Source: Treponemataceae bacterium
Lineage (GTDB): Bacteria; Spirochaetota; Spirochaetia; Treponematales; Rectinemataceae
DNA length: 64,000 bases
NCBI GenBank assembly: GCA_963678065.2
Contig: CAXXVZ010000003.1
Span: 1,664,001 to 1,728,000, forward strand
Reading direction: 5' to 3'
Both the position numbers and the translations under genes were made by a program. Every line of letters starts with the position of its first letter. Positions within the stretch are counted from its first letter, which is position 1. Below are positions 19,338 through 29,170 of the stretch, piece after piece. Under the pieces are notes generated by a model, which saw only the letters and a program-made list of their open reading frames with translations, had not been told where the DNA came from and searched no databases.

Positions 19338-20828
19338 ATGGGAAACCACAGAACGACCATCATCGCGGCCTCGGCCTTCATCCTCGCGGCACTCATCCTG
19401 CCGCTGGCTCCCGTTCCTGCGGGAGCTCAGATCCCGATCACCCGGGGCAATCCCGGCTGGACGCTCCAGGCGCTCGATCCCGCTGATCTCGATGCCATCG
19501 CCGCGTCGCTCGGAGCCAGGGCCGGGGTCATGATCGTGCAGATAGAGCCCGGATCGAGGGCGGCGGCGGCTGGATGCGTTCAGGGCGAAGTGGTCTGCGC
19601 CGCCGGCGGCAGAATGGTGGACTCCCCCGCAGCCCTGGAACAAACCCTCGCCGCTCTCTCCGGAACGGTCGAACTCGTCGGATTCGTCGTAGGAGCGGAC
19701 GGGAACCTCCAGGTCGTGAAGCGGATTCTCGCCCCGGCGGCCGCAGCGGCTTCTCCCGCACAGAACCCGGCGAGCCCGCCGCTCTCGGCGCTGCGCCAGG
19801 CTTTGGCACAATCCGGCACGGCCTCAAGCGCCCCTTCCCCGAACCCCGCACAGGGTCCGGTGTCCGGACCAGGGCTTGGAGCAGCGCCCGCACAATCGGG
19901 GGCCGCAGGAAAAACGAGCGCCAACGATCTTTCCCGGACCGGGACGACCTACCGTCACCCCGTCGGTTTCGTCTTCTGGTATCCCGCATCATTCACGATC
20001 CGGGAGATCGAGAATGGAATCGAACTCGTGCCTTCTCCGGCACGAGGCGCCACGACCATCCAGCCTGGTGGGGGTGCACAGCAGTCGGAGATGTATTTCG
20101 TGACGGGGGAATCCGCCCAGGGCATCACATCCCCCTTCGATCAGAGGGTGGTCTCCTACCTCGACAATCTCGTTCAGACGAAAGTTTCTCCCTACCTCAA
20201 GCGGACGGCGGCTCCCGCGCGTGTGGCGATGACTGACGGCGAGGGTATGTTGATGGAGTGGTCGGCTCCCGGGCAGAGCGGCGTGACTGTCATCGCGAGG
20301 ATCTACACGTCCATCATGAAGGGATTCGGCGTCTTCCTCGGGGCGGTCGGAGACAAGAGCCTCGTCGACGCGCGCGAAGCGGACATAAAGGGAATGTTCG
20401 CCTCCTTCGCCTTCGAGGCGGGCAAGCTCGACCAGGCGATCGCGGGGAGCTGGCAGCTCTTCTCGACGCGGGAGATCCGCAACGAGGATAATCTGAATTT
20501 CACGATCGACGATCCGAGACGCGCTTCGATGGTTTCAGATGAGCAGACGAGTCTCGAACTCTTCCCGGACGGAAGCGCGCGGAGAACCTCGCTGTCGCGC
20601 ACGATTGCCCACGGAGGAGTTTCGGGAGGAAGCTCGACTGTCTGGATCGATTCAGGCGACCAGAAGACCGTGAAACAGGGCAGGTGGAACGCGGGCAACG
20701 GAACCCTGTTCATCATGTGGCAGGACAAGGGCATGGAGCAGTGGCAGTACGGCCTCGTCCGGGACGCGGGCGGGATCTCGCTCAAACTGGCGAACGCGGG
20801 CAGGATACAGTTCTGGCAGAAGCGGTGA
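19338..20828 (+). CDS. Secreted multidomain hypothetical protein with N-terminal PDZ-like domain
   Basis: Signal peptide; GVMIVQIEPGSRAAAAGCVQGEVV is PDZ-like; Pro/Ala linker; RBS GAGG. Confidence 0.65.
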   Translation: MGNHRTTIIAASAFILAALILPLAPVPAGAQIPITRGNPGWTLQALDPADLDAIAASLGARAGVMIVQIEPGSRAAAAGCVQGEVVCAAGGRMVDSPAALEQTLAALSGTVELVGFVVGADGNLQVVKRILAPAAAAASPAQNPASPPLSALRQALAQSGTASSAPSPNPAQGPVSGPGLGAAPAQSGAAGKTSANDLSRTGTTYRHPVGFVFWYPASFTIREIENGIELVPSPARGATTIQPGGGAQQSEMYFVTGESAQGITSPFDQRVVSYLDNLVQTKVSPYLKRTAAPARVAMTDGEGMLMEWSAPGQSGVTVIARIYTSIMKGFGVFLGAVGDKSLVDAREADIKGMFASFAFEAGKLDQAIAGSWQLFSTREIRNEDNLNFTIDDPRRASMVSDEQTSLELFPDGSARRTSLSRTIAHGGVSGGSSTVWIDSGDQKTVKQGRWNAGNGTLFIMWQDKGMEQWQYGLVRDAGGISLKLANAGRIQFWQKR

Positions 20829-20835
20829 GGGCGAT

Positions 20836-20914
20836 CGGGCGATCCGCCTGCAACAATCGCCGAGGCGTCGGACGCAGTCGCGCCGAAGCCTCGGCGATTG
20901 TCAGTGATCGCCCG
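20836..20914. repeat. Long nested inverted repeat between convergent genes
   Basis: CGGGCGATC/GATCGCCCG outer arms and ACAATCGCCGAGGC/GCCTCGGCGATTGT inner arms. Confidence 0.7.
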
Positions 20915-20928
20915 CCCGGTTCATCGTT

Positions 20929-22335
20929 TCATCCGCGATACCAGAGCTGTCCCGGCTTGTCGAAGCTCTTCTTCTTCGCGATGGCCATGTAGGTGATCAG
21001 CACATACAGCATGTATCCCGCGGCCACAGCCATCATGAGCCAGTAGTAGAACATCGAACCCGTCGTGTAGGCCTTGGCCGGAAGGTTGATGCTCATGATG
21101 AAGGGGATGGCCAGGAGGAAAGTGAGTCCCGCCGAAAGCATGTAGTCCGAGGCCACCGAGGTTTTGAACTCCGGATCGGTGACTCTGAGGAGGGCGAGGC
21201 CGGTGGACAGTGTCCCGGTGGAGACGCCGTATATCATGAGCATGCGCTCGAACTTGTAGTCCCGGAACATCCGCGAGCAGACCCAAGGCATGATGATGAA
21301 GGTCATTACGCCGCAGATCGTCGACATGGTGAGGATGGGAAACCAGTACTTGCCGATGAAGACTAAGGATATCGCGGCGATCGAGCCCGCGAGCATGTAG
21401 TCGACGGAGAATCCCGAGATGCGCGAGAGGGTGTCGTCGTCGAAGGTCTTCCCGAGCTTCAGGGCGTCGAGGATCTTGCGTACGATTATGGCCGTGAGGG
21501 CGGAGAAGATGAAATTGATACCCCAGAGGTTGACCGCCAGTTCGTGGCCGGCGTTTCCGGCGAGGGAGAGAAGCATGGTCAGGCCCTTCAGGAAGAGGAA
21601 GGAGAGGAAATAGGTCACGACGACGATGGCGACGTGGAAGCTGAAGGAATCGACAGCCTCCGAGTCCGTGACGAGCCGCGCGCCGATGGGTCTCTCCTTC
21701 CCTGCCGGGATCATTCCGGTAAGAATGGTCTTGTCTTTGAGGGCATCGAGGCCCTTGCCTCCGAGCCAACCCCGCTTGAGGCCCATGTTGATGAGAATCA
21801 CGCCGCCGAAGCAGGCCCACAGGTAGCCGAGCGCGGCCATGGTCAGACCGACCGTGGAAGCGCCGTCGAATCCCATGCCTTCCCATCCGTGGCCGATCGC
21901 GTAGGCCTGGCCCGGTCCGAGGGCGAAGCCGAGGGGCAGGAAGAGACCGAAGGCGGGATGGATAGCTGGCAGGAAGAGAAGCGTCAGGCCGAGTCCGAGG
22001 AGGGTCTGTGTCGCGTAGCCGAGAAGAATGCCCGTAGACATGCCGAGCACGCCGCCCCCTTTGTGTCCTTTCACCTTTGGAGGGGAGGACCTGAGGCTCA
22101 TGGCGATGAAAGAGATGTTGAGCAGGTGATAGACGAGTTCGCCTATCTTGTTCTCGTTGTAGCCGACCGAGGGCATGAGGTAATTGTAGATCGGAAGGAG
22201 GAAGAAGCCCGCGGTCAGCGCGTTGGGGATGAGATACTTCTGGAAGAACCGGAATTTGGAACGCAGGACGGTCGCCAGGATCAGTGCCGCCGAGATCGCG
22301 CCCGCGTCGATGACAACTTTCCAGGAAAACTCCAT
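20929..22335 (-). CDS. Sodium:glutamate symporter (GltS/ESS) family transporter
   Basis: Polytopic membrane protein; FQKYLIPNALTAG, GFALGPGQA, GVSTGTLSTGLALLRVTDP. Confidence 0.8.
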   Translation of the reverse strand: MEFSWKVVIDAGAISAALILATVLRSKFRFFQKYLIPNALTAGFFLLPIYNYLMPSVGYNENKIGELVYHLLNISFIAMSLRSSPPKVKGHKGGGVLGMSTGILLGYATQTLLGLGLTLLFLPAIHPAFGLFLPLGFALGPGQAYAIGHGWEGMGFDGASTVGLTMAALGYLWACFGGVILINMGLKRGWLGGKGLDALKDKTILTGMIPAGKERPIGARLVTDSEAVDSFSFHVAIVVVTYFLSFLFLKGLTMLLSLAGNAGHELAVNLWGINFIFSALTAIIVRKILDALKLGKTFDDDTLSRISGFSVDYMLAGSIAAISLVFIGKYWFPILTMSTICGVMTFIIMPWVCSRMFRDYKFERMLMIYGVSTGTLSTGLALLRVTDPEFKTSVASDYMLSAGLTFLLAIPFIMSINLPAKAYTTGSMFYYWLMMAVAAGYMLYVLITYMAIAKKKSFDKPGQLWYRG

Positions 22336-22484
22336 GTGTACGCTCCTTGCCGGCATTGTATACGCGCCAGGGCGCCGCAACAAGCCGCAGGGATTGTCTT
22401 AACCAAATTCAAACCGACGAGGGGCACCCGCGAGAAGCGCGGAGAGCTTTACCGGCGCGTCCGCGGGGGTGGATACTTGGGGAC

Positions 22485-22946
22485 ATGGACGACAGGGACA
22501 TTGCGCGGCTTTCGGCCTGCAGGCTCTTTTCCGGGGTCGGACCGGCCGAGCTGAAAAAAAGCCTGCAGGCTTCAGGCCTTTCGGTCAGGCAATTCGAGGA
22601 AGGAGCAGTGATCGTGACGGTGGGGTCGATCTGCTCCTCGCTCATGGTCGTGCTCGAGGGCGAAGCGCGCGCAGAGATGACCAACGACGAGGGCAAGACT
22701 TTCGCGGTGGAAATCCTGCGGGCGGGAGAAGCTGTGGCCACGGCCATTCTCTTCTCGCCCCGGAAGATCATGCCCGTCACCCTCGTCGCGGCGAAAAGGA
22801 CGAGCCTCGCCGAGCTATTCGGCGTCGCGAGGCCGAGTCTCTCGCGGGAATTGGGAGAGATGGAGAAGCGGGGCTACATAGCGATGGGAGGACGGGACAT
22901 CAGGATACTTGACAGAGAAGGATTGCGCAGCCTCCGCTCCCTCTGA
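22485..22946 (+). CDS. Crp/Fnr family regulator, shortened (probable internal in-frame deletion)
   Basis: cNMP-like beta domain joined directly to HTH SLAELFGVARPSLSREL; only 153 aa. Confidence 0.75.
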   Translation: MDDRDIARLSACRLFSGVGPAELKKSLQASGLSVRQFEEGAVIVTVGSICSSLMVVLEGEARAEMTNDEGKTFAVEILRAGEAVATAILFSPRKIMPVTLVAAKRTSLAELFGVARPSLSRELGEMEKRGYIAMGGRDIRILDREGLRSLRSL

Positions 22947-23011
22947 GCGCGGAGGACCTGCATGCGCAAAGCCTCGCGGACCGCCGATTGTGCGAGGCGG
23001 TCCGCCTTCAG

Positions 23012-23887
23012 TCAATTCCCGGCCTCGCCATCCCCCCCGCCGCCGGCCGGGGCGGAGTTTCGGGCTTTGTCGACGAACTCGTCGATGAGGAAACGCGCAA
23101 CACTCCCCGGAGGCGGAATGGCGGGCAGGTCAAAAGGCGTGCACCAGCGGAGTTCCGCGATTTCCACTCCGTCGGGGCGGGCCTCTCCTGACGCCCATCG
23201 GGCCGTAAAGGCCACCATGAGCGAGTCGGGGAAAGGCCAAGGCTGGGAAGTCCTGTAGGTGATGGAGTCGACCTCGATGCCCGCTTCCTCCCGTGTTTCC
23301 CGCCTGACAGTTTCCTCGAGGGTCTCGCCCGCCTCGACGAAGCCCGCGATGAGCCCGAAGCGCCCCGCGGGGAAGCGGGAATTGCGCGCGAGGAGGGCCT
23401 TGTCGCCCTTGCGCACGAGAGTGATGACGGCGGGAGAGATTTTGGGAAAATGTACCCGACCGCAGGCCGTGCAGATTCGGCCGCCGGTATCCTGTCCCAC
23501 CGCGTCGGCGAGGGGCGATCCACAGGCCCCGCAATATCGGGCGCCCCTGATCCAGGTCGATAGCGCGAGTCCTTTCAAAAATGCCCTCACCTCTTCGTGA
23601 GGATAGACGGCGATGGCCTGCCGCACCTGCAGTCTGCCCGCTCCCGCGGCGACGAGCCTCAGCACCTCATCTTCCTCTATGGAAAAGGAGAGGTACCCGG
23701 CATCGTTCCACTCGAAAGCCCGCGAATCCTCAGGCGAAGGAAGCGGGAATCCTCCGGGAAGGGTAAAGGAAGCGTCGAACCAGGATGGAGCGTCGGGATT
23801 GCCGGGCACGATGATGTCCTGGCCGGAAAAAACGAAAATTCTCGATATGGGATGAGTAATCGGTGTCTCGGACATGATGGCCGACAT
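23012..23887 (-). CDS. nudC: NAD(H) diphosphatase
   Basis: Zinc ribbon CGACG...CTAC, NUDIX AGFVEAGETLEETVRRETREEAG, SQPWPFPDS. Confidence 0.92.
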   Translation of the reverse strand: MSAIMSETPITHPISRIFVFSGQDIIVPGNPDAPSWFDASFTLPGGFPLPSPEDSRAFEWNDAGYLSFSIEEDEVLRLVAAGAGRLQVRQAIAVYPHEEVRAFLKGLALSTWIRGARYCGACGSPLADAVGQDTGGRICTACGRVHFPKISPAVITLVRKGDKALLARNSRFPAGRFGLIAGFVEAGETLEETVRRETREEAGIEVDSITYRTSQPWPFPDSLMVAFTARWASGEARPDGVEIAELRWCTPFDLPAIPPPGSVARFLIDEFVDKARNSAPAGGGGDGEAGN

Positions 23888-23995
23888 CCTACACTCGAGG
23901 GGAAGGTTCGGGCGAGGGGTCGCCCTTCGCTTGCCCGCGCGACGATGAACGATCTCGCGGCTGACTGGGGGCATGAGGCCCACTTCCGAATTTGA

Positions 23996-25051
23996 TCAGG
24001 GAACGAGTCCGGCCTTGCGCAACCGGGCGAGAACGTCTTCACGTTTGGCGAGGACAGGGAGGAAGAGAAGTTCGTCGACAGCCTGCTGGTCCGAAAATCC
24101 AAGGGCGAGGGCCTTGTCGAGAGCGGCCAGTCCTCCCGGTCCATCCTCGGCGACGGCGAGCCTGAGCCGGGCGAGCGTGAACAGAGCCTTGGCCATGGCG
24201 GCCTGTTTCTCTGCCGACGCCGATGCGGTGCCGGGACTTCCCGATGCGGACCCCGCCTTGCTGGATGATCCCGCCGGCCCGGAAGAAGACCCAGCCACAG
24301 TCCCTGCAGCCGTCTCCTTCGGAGGAACGGAGGCGGAGGCCGTACCCGCCGCCAACACTTCCATCGCGAGGGCGTAGTTGCCGCGCGATTCATACATGGC
24401 TCCCATGCGGATGAGAGTCGCAAAGTCCGCCTTGCCCGCCTTCCTGAGGCTTTCGTAGACGGTCAGCGCGGTCGCATCGTCGCCCGACTCGTCGCAGAGG
24501 CGTCCGTAGAGCATGGCCGACTGATAGTCGTCCGGAACGGCCTCGAAGAGCCTCGCGAGGTCGGCGATGGCTTCGGTCTTGCGGCCGGCGCGGCTCTTGA
24601 GGAGGGCAGCGTTGTAGACGGCGTCGGGCGAGAGCGGGTTCTGGGCCAGCACTTTCTCGTAGACAGCGAGCGCCGCCGTATCCTGGCCCGAGCGGGCGAG
24701 GGAATAGGCCTTGAGCGAGAGGACCCTGACATTGGTCGGGTCGCCGGCGAGCAGGCTGTCCGCGGCCGCGATGGCCTTCCGGTACTCCCCCGACTCGGCG
24801 AACGCGCGCACCATGTTGTAGGAGGCGCCGAGCAGTTTCGGATCGAGCTCCATGGCGCGGCTCCAGGCTGAGCCGGCCCTGGCCCACTCCCCCTTCTCGG
24901 CCCAGGCGTTCCCGATGGCGAGCCACTCGTGGGCCTGAACGGTCGCGGGAGCAGTGGCGCAGGAGGCGAGCAGCAGTCCCGACAGCACGAGGACAGCGAC
25001 TGAGAAAGCCGCGGCCACGCCGGAGCTGCCGGCAGCCGGCCGACAGGTCAG
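23996..25051 (-). CDS. TPR-repeat lipoprotein (start uncertain)
   Basis: Lipobox LLLASC followed by TPR-like repeats; start lies between the upp stop and GTG 25018. Confidence 0.72.
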   Translation of the reverse strand: MTCRPAAGSSGVAAAFSVAVLVLSGLLLASCATAPATVQAHEWLAIGNAWAEKGEWARAGSAWSRAMELDPKLLGASYNMVRAFAESGEYRKAIAAADSLLAGDPTNVRVLSLKAYSLARSGQDTAALAVYEKVLAQNPLSPDAVYNAALLKSRAGRKTEAIADLARLFEAVPDDYQSAMLYGRLCDESGDDATALTVYESLRKAGKADFATLIRMGAMYESRGNYALAMEVLAAGTASASVPPKETAAGTVAGSSSGPAGSSSKAGSASGSPGTASASAEKQAAMAKALFTLARLRLAVAEDGPGGLAALDKALALGFSDQQAVDELLFLPVLAKREDVLARLRKAGLVP

Positions 25052-26112
25052 CGCCGTAGGACGGTCTCCTCGATGGTTCTGAGCTGGGAGCGATACAGCC
25101 CGGTGATGTTGGTGCCGTAGTCGGCGACGAGCTGAAGCATGTCGCGCGGCCTCTCGTCCTCGTCGCGGCCGTTGATGCGGTCGCCCGCGTCTCCGAGGCC
25201 CGGCATGATGTAAGCCTTGTCGTTCAGGATGGGGTCCATCCAGAGCGTGTAGACCGTGACATTTTCTATGGCGCGCACGACGCGGAGCGCCCCCTTCAGG
25301 GCCGAGACGACGTTGAAGAACTTGATGGAGCGGGGCCGGACGCCCTGCGCCTTGAGGTAGTTCACGACGGTGACGAGGCTTCCGCCAGTCGCGTTCATGG
25401 GATCGGCGAAAAGAAGGTCCTTGCCGTCCAGGTCCTCGAGTTTGAAGTAGGAGCGATCGAGATCGAGGATGTACTCCATCGTGCGCTCGGTCTTCGTGTC
25501 GTCGCGCTTGATCTTGAAGAGGGCGAAAGGCGTGACATAGCCGGTCGACGAGAACTCCTGTATCTCCTTGGAGACAATCATGGAGGGCAGGAGAGCGCCG
25601 CGCAGCATGACGCACATGACCGTGTTCTCGATCTCCGCGTCGATGTTGGGTATCTTGTGCACGGCGAAATTCTGCAATGGCACCGTGACGGGCGTCTTCA
25701 CGATGAGGTAATTCTTGTTCGAGCTTCCGGCGCTGCCGAAGGCGAGCTTGAAGAGCATCTCGAAGGCGCGCTGGGTGTAGTAGACGAATTCCTGCCTGCC
25801 CGTATTGACATCGCGGAGCTTCGCGATGAGGCGGCTGGCCTCGCCGTGGTTTTCCGCAGGCGTGGCGAAGGAGTAGACCTGGATGCCGGGCTCCCTCTTG
25901 CAGATCTCCTGCATGAGACTTCCCATCGTGTTGTACAGCTCGGTGAGGTTTTTTTCCTCGCGCGTGCGCTCGGCCTCCGAAGAGGCCGAAGACAGGAAGT
26001 TGAAGGAGACCATGGCCTGGCGGTACAGGCCATCCATCCGGGCGAGAAGCTCCTTGTCGGACTCGGTGAGGAGACCGTCGAGATCTTCCGCTTTCAGGAT
26101 GACCTTGCTCAT
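25048..26112 (-). CDS. upp: Uracil phosphoribosyltransferase, long form with N-terminal extension
   Basis: LRGAL, PRPP motif [23 protein letters not shown]. Confidence 0.88.
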   Translation of the reverse strand: MSKVILKAEDLDGLLTESDKELLARMDGLYRQAMVSFNFLSSASSEAERTREEKNLTELYNTMGSLMQEICKREPGIQVYSFATPAENHGEASRLIAKLRDVNTGRQEFVYYTQRAFEMLFKLAFGSAGSSNKNYLIVKTPVTVPLQNFAVHKIPNIDAEIENTVMCVMLRGALLPSMIVSKEIQEFSSTGYVTPFALFKIKRDDTKTERTMEYILDLDRSYFKLEDLDGKDLLFADPMNATGGSLVTVVNYLKAQGVRPRSIKFFNVVSALKGALRVVRAIENVTVYTLWMDPILNDKAYIMPGLGDAGDRINGRDEDERPRDMLQLVADYGTNITGLYRSQLRTIEETVLRR

Positions 26113-26690
26113 GCCTTCACCACTTCTCCGTAGACGCCGGAGCCGATGCCGACAGCGTTGCCCTCGTCGAAGTCGATGTGGCATTCGAGGGCGTAGTTCG
26201 AACCGACGCGGCAGACGACGTTGAGGAAGATCGCCCCGCGCTCCTCGCCCACCTTGAGCGAGACAATCTCTCCGTCTTTGACGTCGAAACGGAGGGCGGC
26301 TTCGGGATCGAAGTGGACGTGGCGCTTCGCGATGATGAGACCCTTGTCCTTCTTGATGGTGACCTTCGGTCCGATAATTTCCATAGGGAAGCTGCCGTCG
26401 AGTTTGCCGGACTCGCGGGTGGGGCAGCCGGGGACACCGAGCTTGAAGACATCGCTCGCGAGGATCTCGCACTGTGTTTCCTTGCGCTCCGGCCCGAGGA
26501 TGCGGACATTCTCGATGGCGCCCTTGGGTCCCTTGATGGTGAGGGTCTCGGCGCAGGCGAACTGGCCGGGCTGCACGAGATCCTTGGTCTTAGTGAGCTG
26601 GTAACCTGCGCCGAAGAGGGCTTCGACGTCGGCACGGGACAGGTGGATGTGGCGGTTGGAAAGATTGACGATGACTTTGGTTTCGGGCAC
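26109..26690 (-). CDS. pduL: PduL-type phosphate acyltransferase
   Basis: [28 protein letters not shown]. Confidence 0.92.
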   Translation of the reverse strand: MPETKVIVNLSNRHIHLSRADVEALFGAGYQLTKTKDLVQPGQFACAETLTIKGPKGAIENVRILGPERKETQCEILASDVFKLGVPGCPTRESGKLDGSFPMEIIGPKVTIKKDKGLIIAKRHVHFDPEAALRFDVKDGEIVSLKVGEERGAIFLNVVCRVGSNYALECHIDFDEGNAVGIGSGVYGEVVKA

Positions 26691-26798
26691 GGGGCACCTC
26701 CGGAAAGTTTATGCTCCGCTAATAGACGGGGCGCGGAGTGGAATGTTCGGATCTGGTTGAACTACCGTTAATAAAGTAGACGGGTCCGCGCCGGAGGG

Positions 26799-27020
26799 TC
26801 AAGGGGAGCCGTCAGCACGGCGCGGCCAAAAGACGCGTCCCGGGCAGATTGCGCGTTCGCCCGAACCAGTACCCCGGACAGTCCGTACGGCACCCTCGCG
26901 GTACTGGAGATCCTTCGAACCGGGCCTCGATGAGAGGGACAGGCTGCCGTCCCCCGCGTACGTGTCGATCTTGGCCCGCACCAGGAAATTGACAAACTCC
27001 CCGCGATCTTCCATTCTCAT
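26799..27020 (-). pseudogene. Truncated remnant of a DUF5680-like protein
   Basis: N-terminus FLVRAKIDTYAGDG...SSRPGSKDLQYREG resembles the family, then similarity is lost after about 43 codons; AGGAG RBS. Confidence 0.5.
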
Positions 27021-27101
27021 ATTTTCTCCTTGAAAAATATTCTACAACTCTGCCTTGCGCTTTTTCAGAAAAGGTTTACCATACCTGTTGGAGGAAAAAA
27101 C

Positions 27102-28445
27102 ATGAAAAAGTCCTGCTTCTTTTACGCTCTCGTCCCCGTTCTCGCCATGGTGGCCGCATCCGGGGCCTTCGCCCAGGACAACCGCGTCGACACAATCCGT
27201 CCCGACGCGCCCGAGCTCGCTCCCTACGGACCCTTCGCGATCGGCATGAAGACCCTCAAATTCATCAACCCGAGACAGATGAACATCCTCAAGGCCAAAG
27301 CAGGAGAAGTCATTCCGGGCTACGACAGACCGCTGACCGTGGAAGTCTGGTACCCGGCCATAGCCGGCACGGGACTCGCCGGACAGAGTGGCTACCGCGA
27401 CATCTACACCCGCGACGGCAAGACGCTCGTGACGCTCTTCGGCCGCGCCGTGCGCGATGCCCTTCCCGACGCCGGGAAAGCCCCCTACCCTCTCGTCATC
27501 ATATCGCACGGCTATCCGGGAAACCGCTTCCTCCTCGCCCACCTCGCCGAGAACCTCGCGAGCAAGGGCTACGTCGTCGCATCCATCGACCACACGGACT
27601 CAACCTACAACGACCAAGGCGCCTTCGGCTCGACCTTGCTCAACCGTCCCCTCGATCAGCTCTTCGTTCTGGACTCCATGGCGAAGCTTAACTCGGGCGC
27701 CGCGGGCTCCAGCCCCCTCGATGCCGGCCTCGGGGGAATGATCCAGGCCGACAACACAGCCCTGATCGGCTACTCGATGGGCGGCTACGGCGTCGTCAAT
27801 GCGATCGGCGGAGGCTTCACCGCCTCTATCGTGAAATCCCCCCTCGCTCCGCCGAACATGGCTCTCGCGCGGAGGCAGACGGAAAATCCCGAATACCTCG
27901 CGAGCATGGATCCGCGCATCAAAGCCGCTATCGCCATCGCGCCCTGGGGCTGGAACATGGGTTTCTGGGACAAAGAAGGCCTCGCGGGCATAAAGACGCC
28001 GGTGTTCTTCATGGCCGGCTCTGCCGACGCCTCCGCCGGATACTCTCCCGGCGTCCGTAACATCTTCGAACTCTCGGTCAACGCCGACCGCTACCTTCTG
28101 ACTTTCGAGAACGCGAGCCACAACGCGGCTGCGCCCATTCCCGCGCCGAAGGAGACCTGGCCGGCTCCCGGCTCCACCGTCTACAACGCGGGTCACTACA
28201 TGGACCCGGTCTGGGACACTGTGCGCATGAACAACATCGCCCAGCACTTCGCGACCGCCTATCTCGCGAAATACCTCAAGGGCGACACCGGTATGGATTC
28301 CTATCTCGACCTCGCAGAGTCCGGCAAAGATGCTGTCTGGTCAGTCGACGCCAAAGGCCAGCCCAAGGCGGACCACACATACTGGAAGGGATTCGGCAAC
28401 CGCAGCGCGGTCGGCCTCCGGCTCGAGCACAGGAAACCTTACTGA
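27102..28445 (+). CDS. Secreted alpha/beta hydrolase (dienelactone hydrolase/PAF-acetylhydrolase-like)
   Basis: Signal peptide, SHGYPG, GYSMGG nucleophile elbow, ASH. Confidence 0.85.
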   Translation: MKKSCFFYALVPVLAMVAASGAFAQDNRVDTIRPDAPELAPYGPFAIGMKTLKFINPRQMNILKAKAGEVIPGYDRPLTVEVWYPAIAGTGLAGQSGYRDIYTRDGKTLVTLFGRAVRDALPDAGKAPYPLVIISHGYPGNRFLLAHLAENLASKGYVVASIDHTDSTYNDQGAFGSTLLNRPLDQLFVLDSMAKLNSGAAGSSPLDAGLGGMIQADNTALIGYSMGGYGVVNAIGGGFTASIVKSPLAPPNMALARRQTENPEYLASMDPRIKAAIAIAPWGWNMGFWDKEGLAGIKTPVFFMAGSADASAGYSPGVRNIFELSVNADRYLLTFENASHNAAAPIPAPKETWPAPGSTVYNAGHYMDPVWDTVRMNNIAQHFATAYLAKYLKGDTGMDSYLDLAESGKDAVWSVDAKGQPKADHTYWKGFGNRSAVGLRLEHRKPY

Positions 28446-28542
28446 CCCGGCAACTTCAAAGCTGCCATAGCGTCGCGAATGAGCTTAGCCGTAGCGGCTC
28501 ATTCGCGACGCTGAGATGCACTGTGTAATTGCCGGGTCAGTA
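28440..28542. mobile_element. Putative non-autonomous MITE with TA flanks
   Basis: TA-CTGACCCGGCAA ... TTGCCGGGTCAG-TA terminal inverted repeats, plus an internal 16-bp perfect hairpin AGCGTCGCGAATGAGC/GCTCATTCGCGACGCT. Confidence 0.55.
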
Positions 28543-28592
28543 AAGCCGCAGGGAGTCGCCTTTGCCGTCGGAGTCCGATGCCGGGACGAGTA

Positions 28593-29072
28593 TCATGCTT
28601 CCTCTCCGTCTTCGCAGGCCGCCTGGCCTGCGAGGTCGCAGCCTTCTTTGTAGAGGCAATTCCGGCACTGCCTGCCGGGGCACTCGAAAAAGTTCTCGAC
28701 ATCCCGAAGCTGCTTCACGTGCCACTTCAGCTCCTCGATCTTCTTCTCGGCCTGACGTTTCGCCCACTCGGCGGACTGTATCTGCTCCGAGTACTTGCGG
28801 ATGAGGAGGCTGCGACAGGACTCACCGGAGCGGTCCTTTGCCGCGAGATCGAAGAATTCCTTGATCTCCTCGAGACTGAGGCCGTAGGACTTGAGTTGGA
28901 GGATTCGCTTTATGTAGATGAGGTTCCGTTCGGAAAAACGACGGTGGTTTCCCTCGTCGCGGTCGACGGCCCGCACGAGGCCGAGTCCCTCATAATATCT
29001 GATCGTTCTGACGGTCAGCCCGGAAAGACGGGCGAGGTCGCCGATCCGGTAGATGGTATTTTTCTTTTTCAT
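28593..29072 (-). CDS. MerR family regulator with C-terminal Cys cluster
   Basis: YRIGDLARLSGLTVRTIRYYEGLGL HTH; C-terminal CPGRQCRNCLYKEGC. Confidence 0.88.
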   Translation of the reverse strand: MKKKNTIYRIGDLARLSGLTVRTIRYYEGLGLVRAVDRDEGNHRRFSERNLIYIKRILQLKSYGLSLEEIKEFFDLAAKDRSGESCRSLLIRKYSEQIQSAEWAKRQAEKKIEELKWHVKQLRDVENFFECPGRQCRNCLYKEGCDLAGQAACEDGEEA

Positions 29073-29108
29073 ATCGCGTTTTGGCGTTCGGGAATCACGC
29101 CGGCCCGA

Positions 29109-29137
29109 ATCTTACGTCAGCAATTTCGCAAGGTCAA
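29109..29137 (-). promoter_or_regulatory. Putative merR promoter with overlapping dyad
   Basis: TTGACC-17 nt-TAAGAT on the minus strand; imperfect dyad CTTACG-N10-CGCAAG at 29111-29132. Confidence 0.5.
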
Positions 29138-29170
29138 TACGAGGGGGCTATACTGGAAACCGGAGGAACC

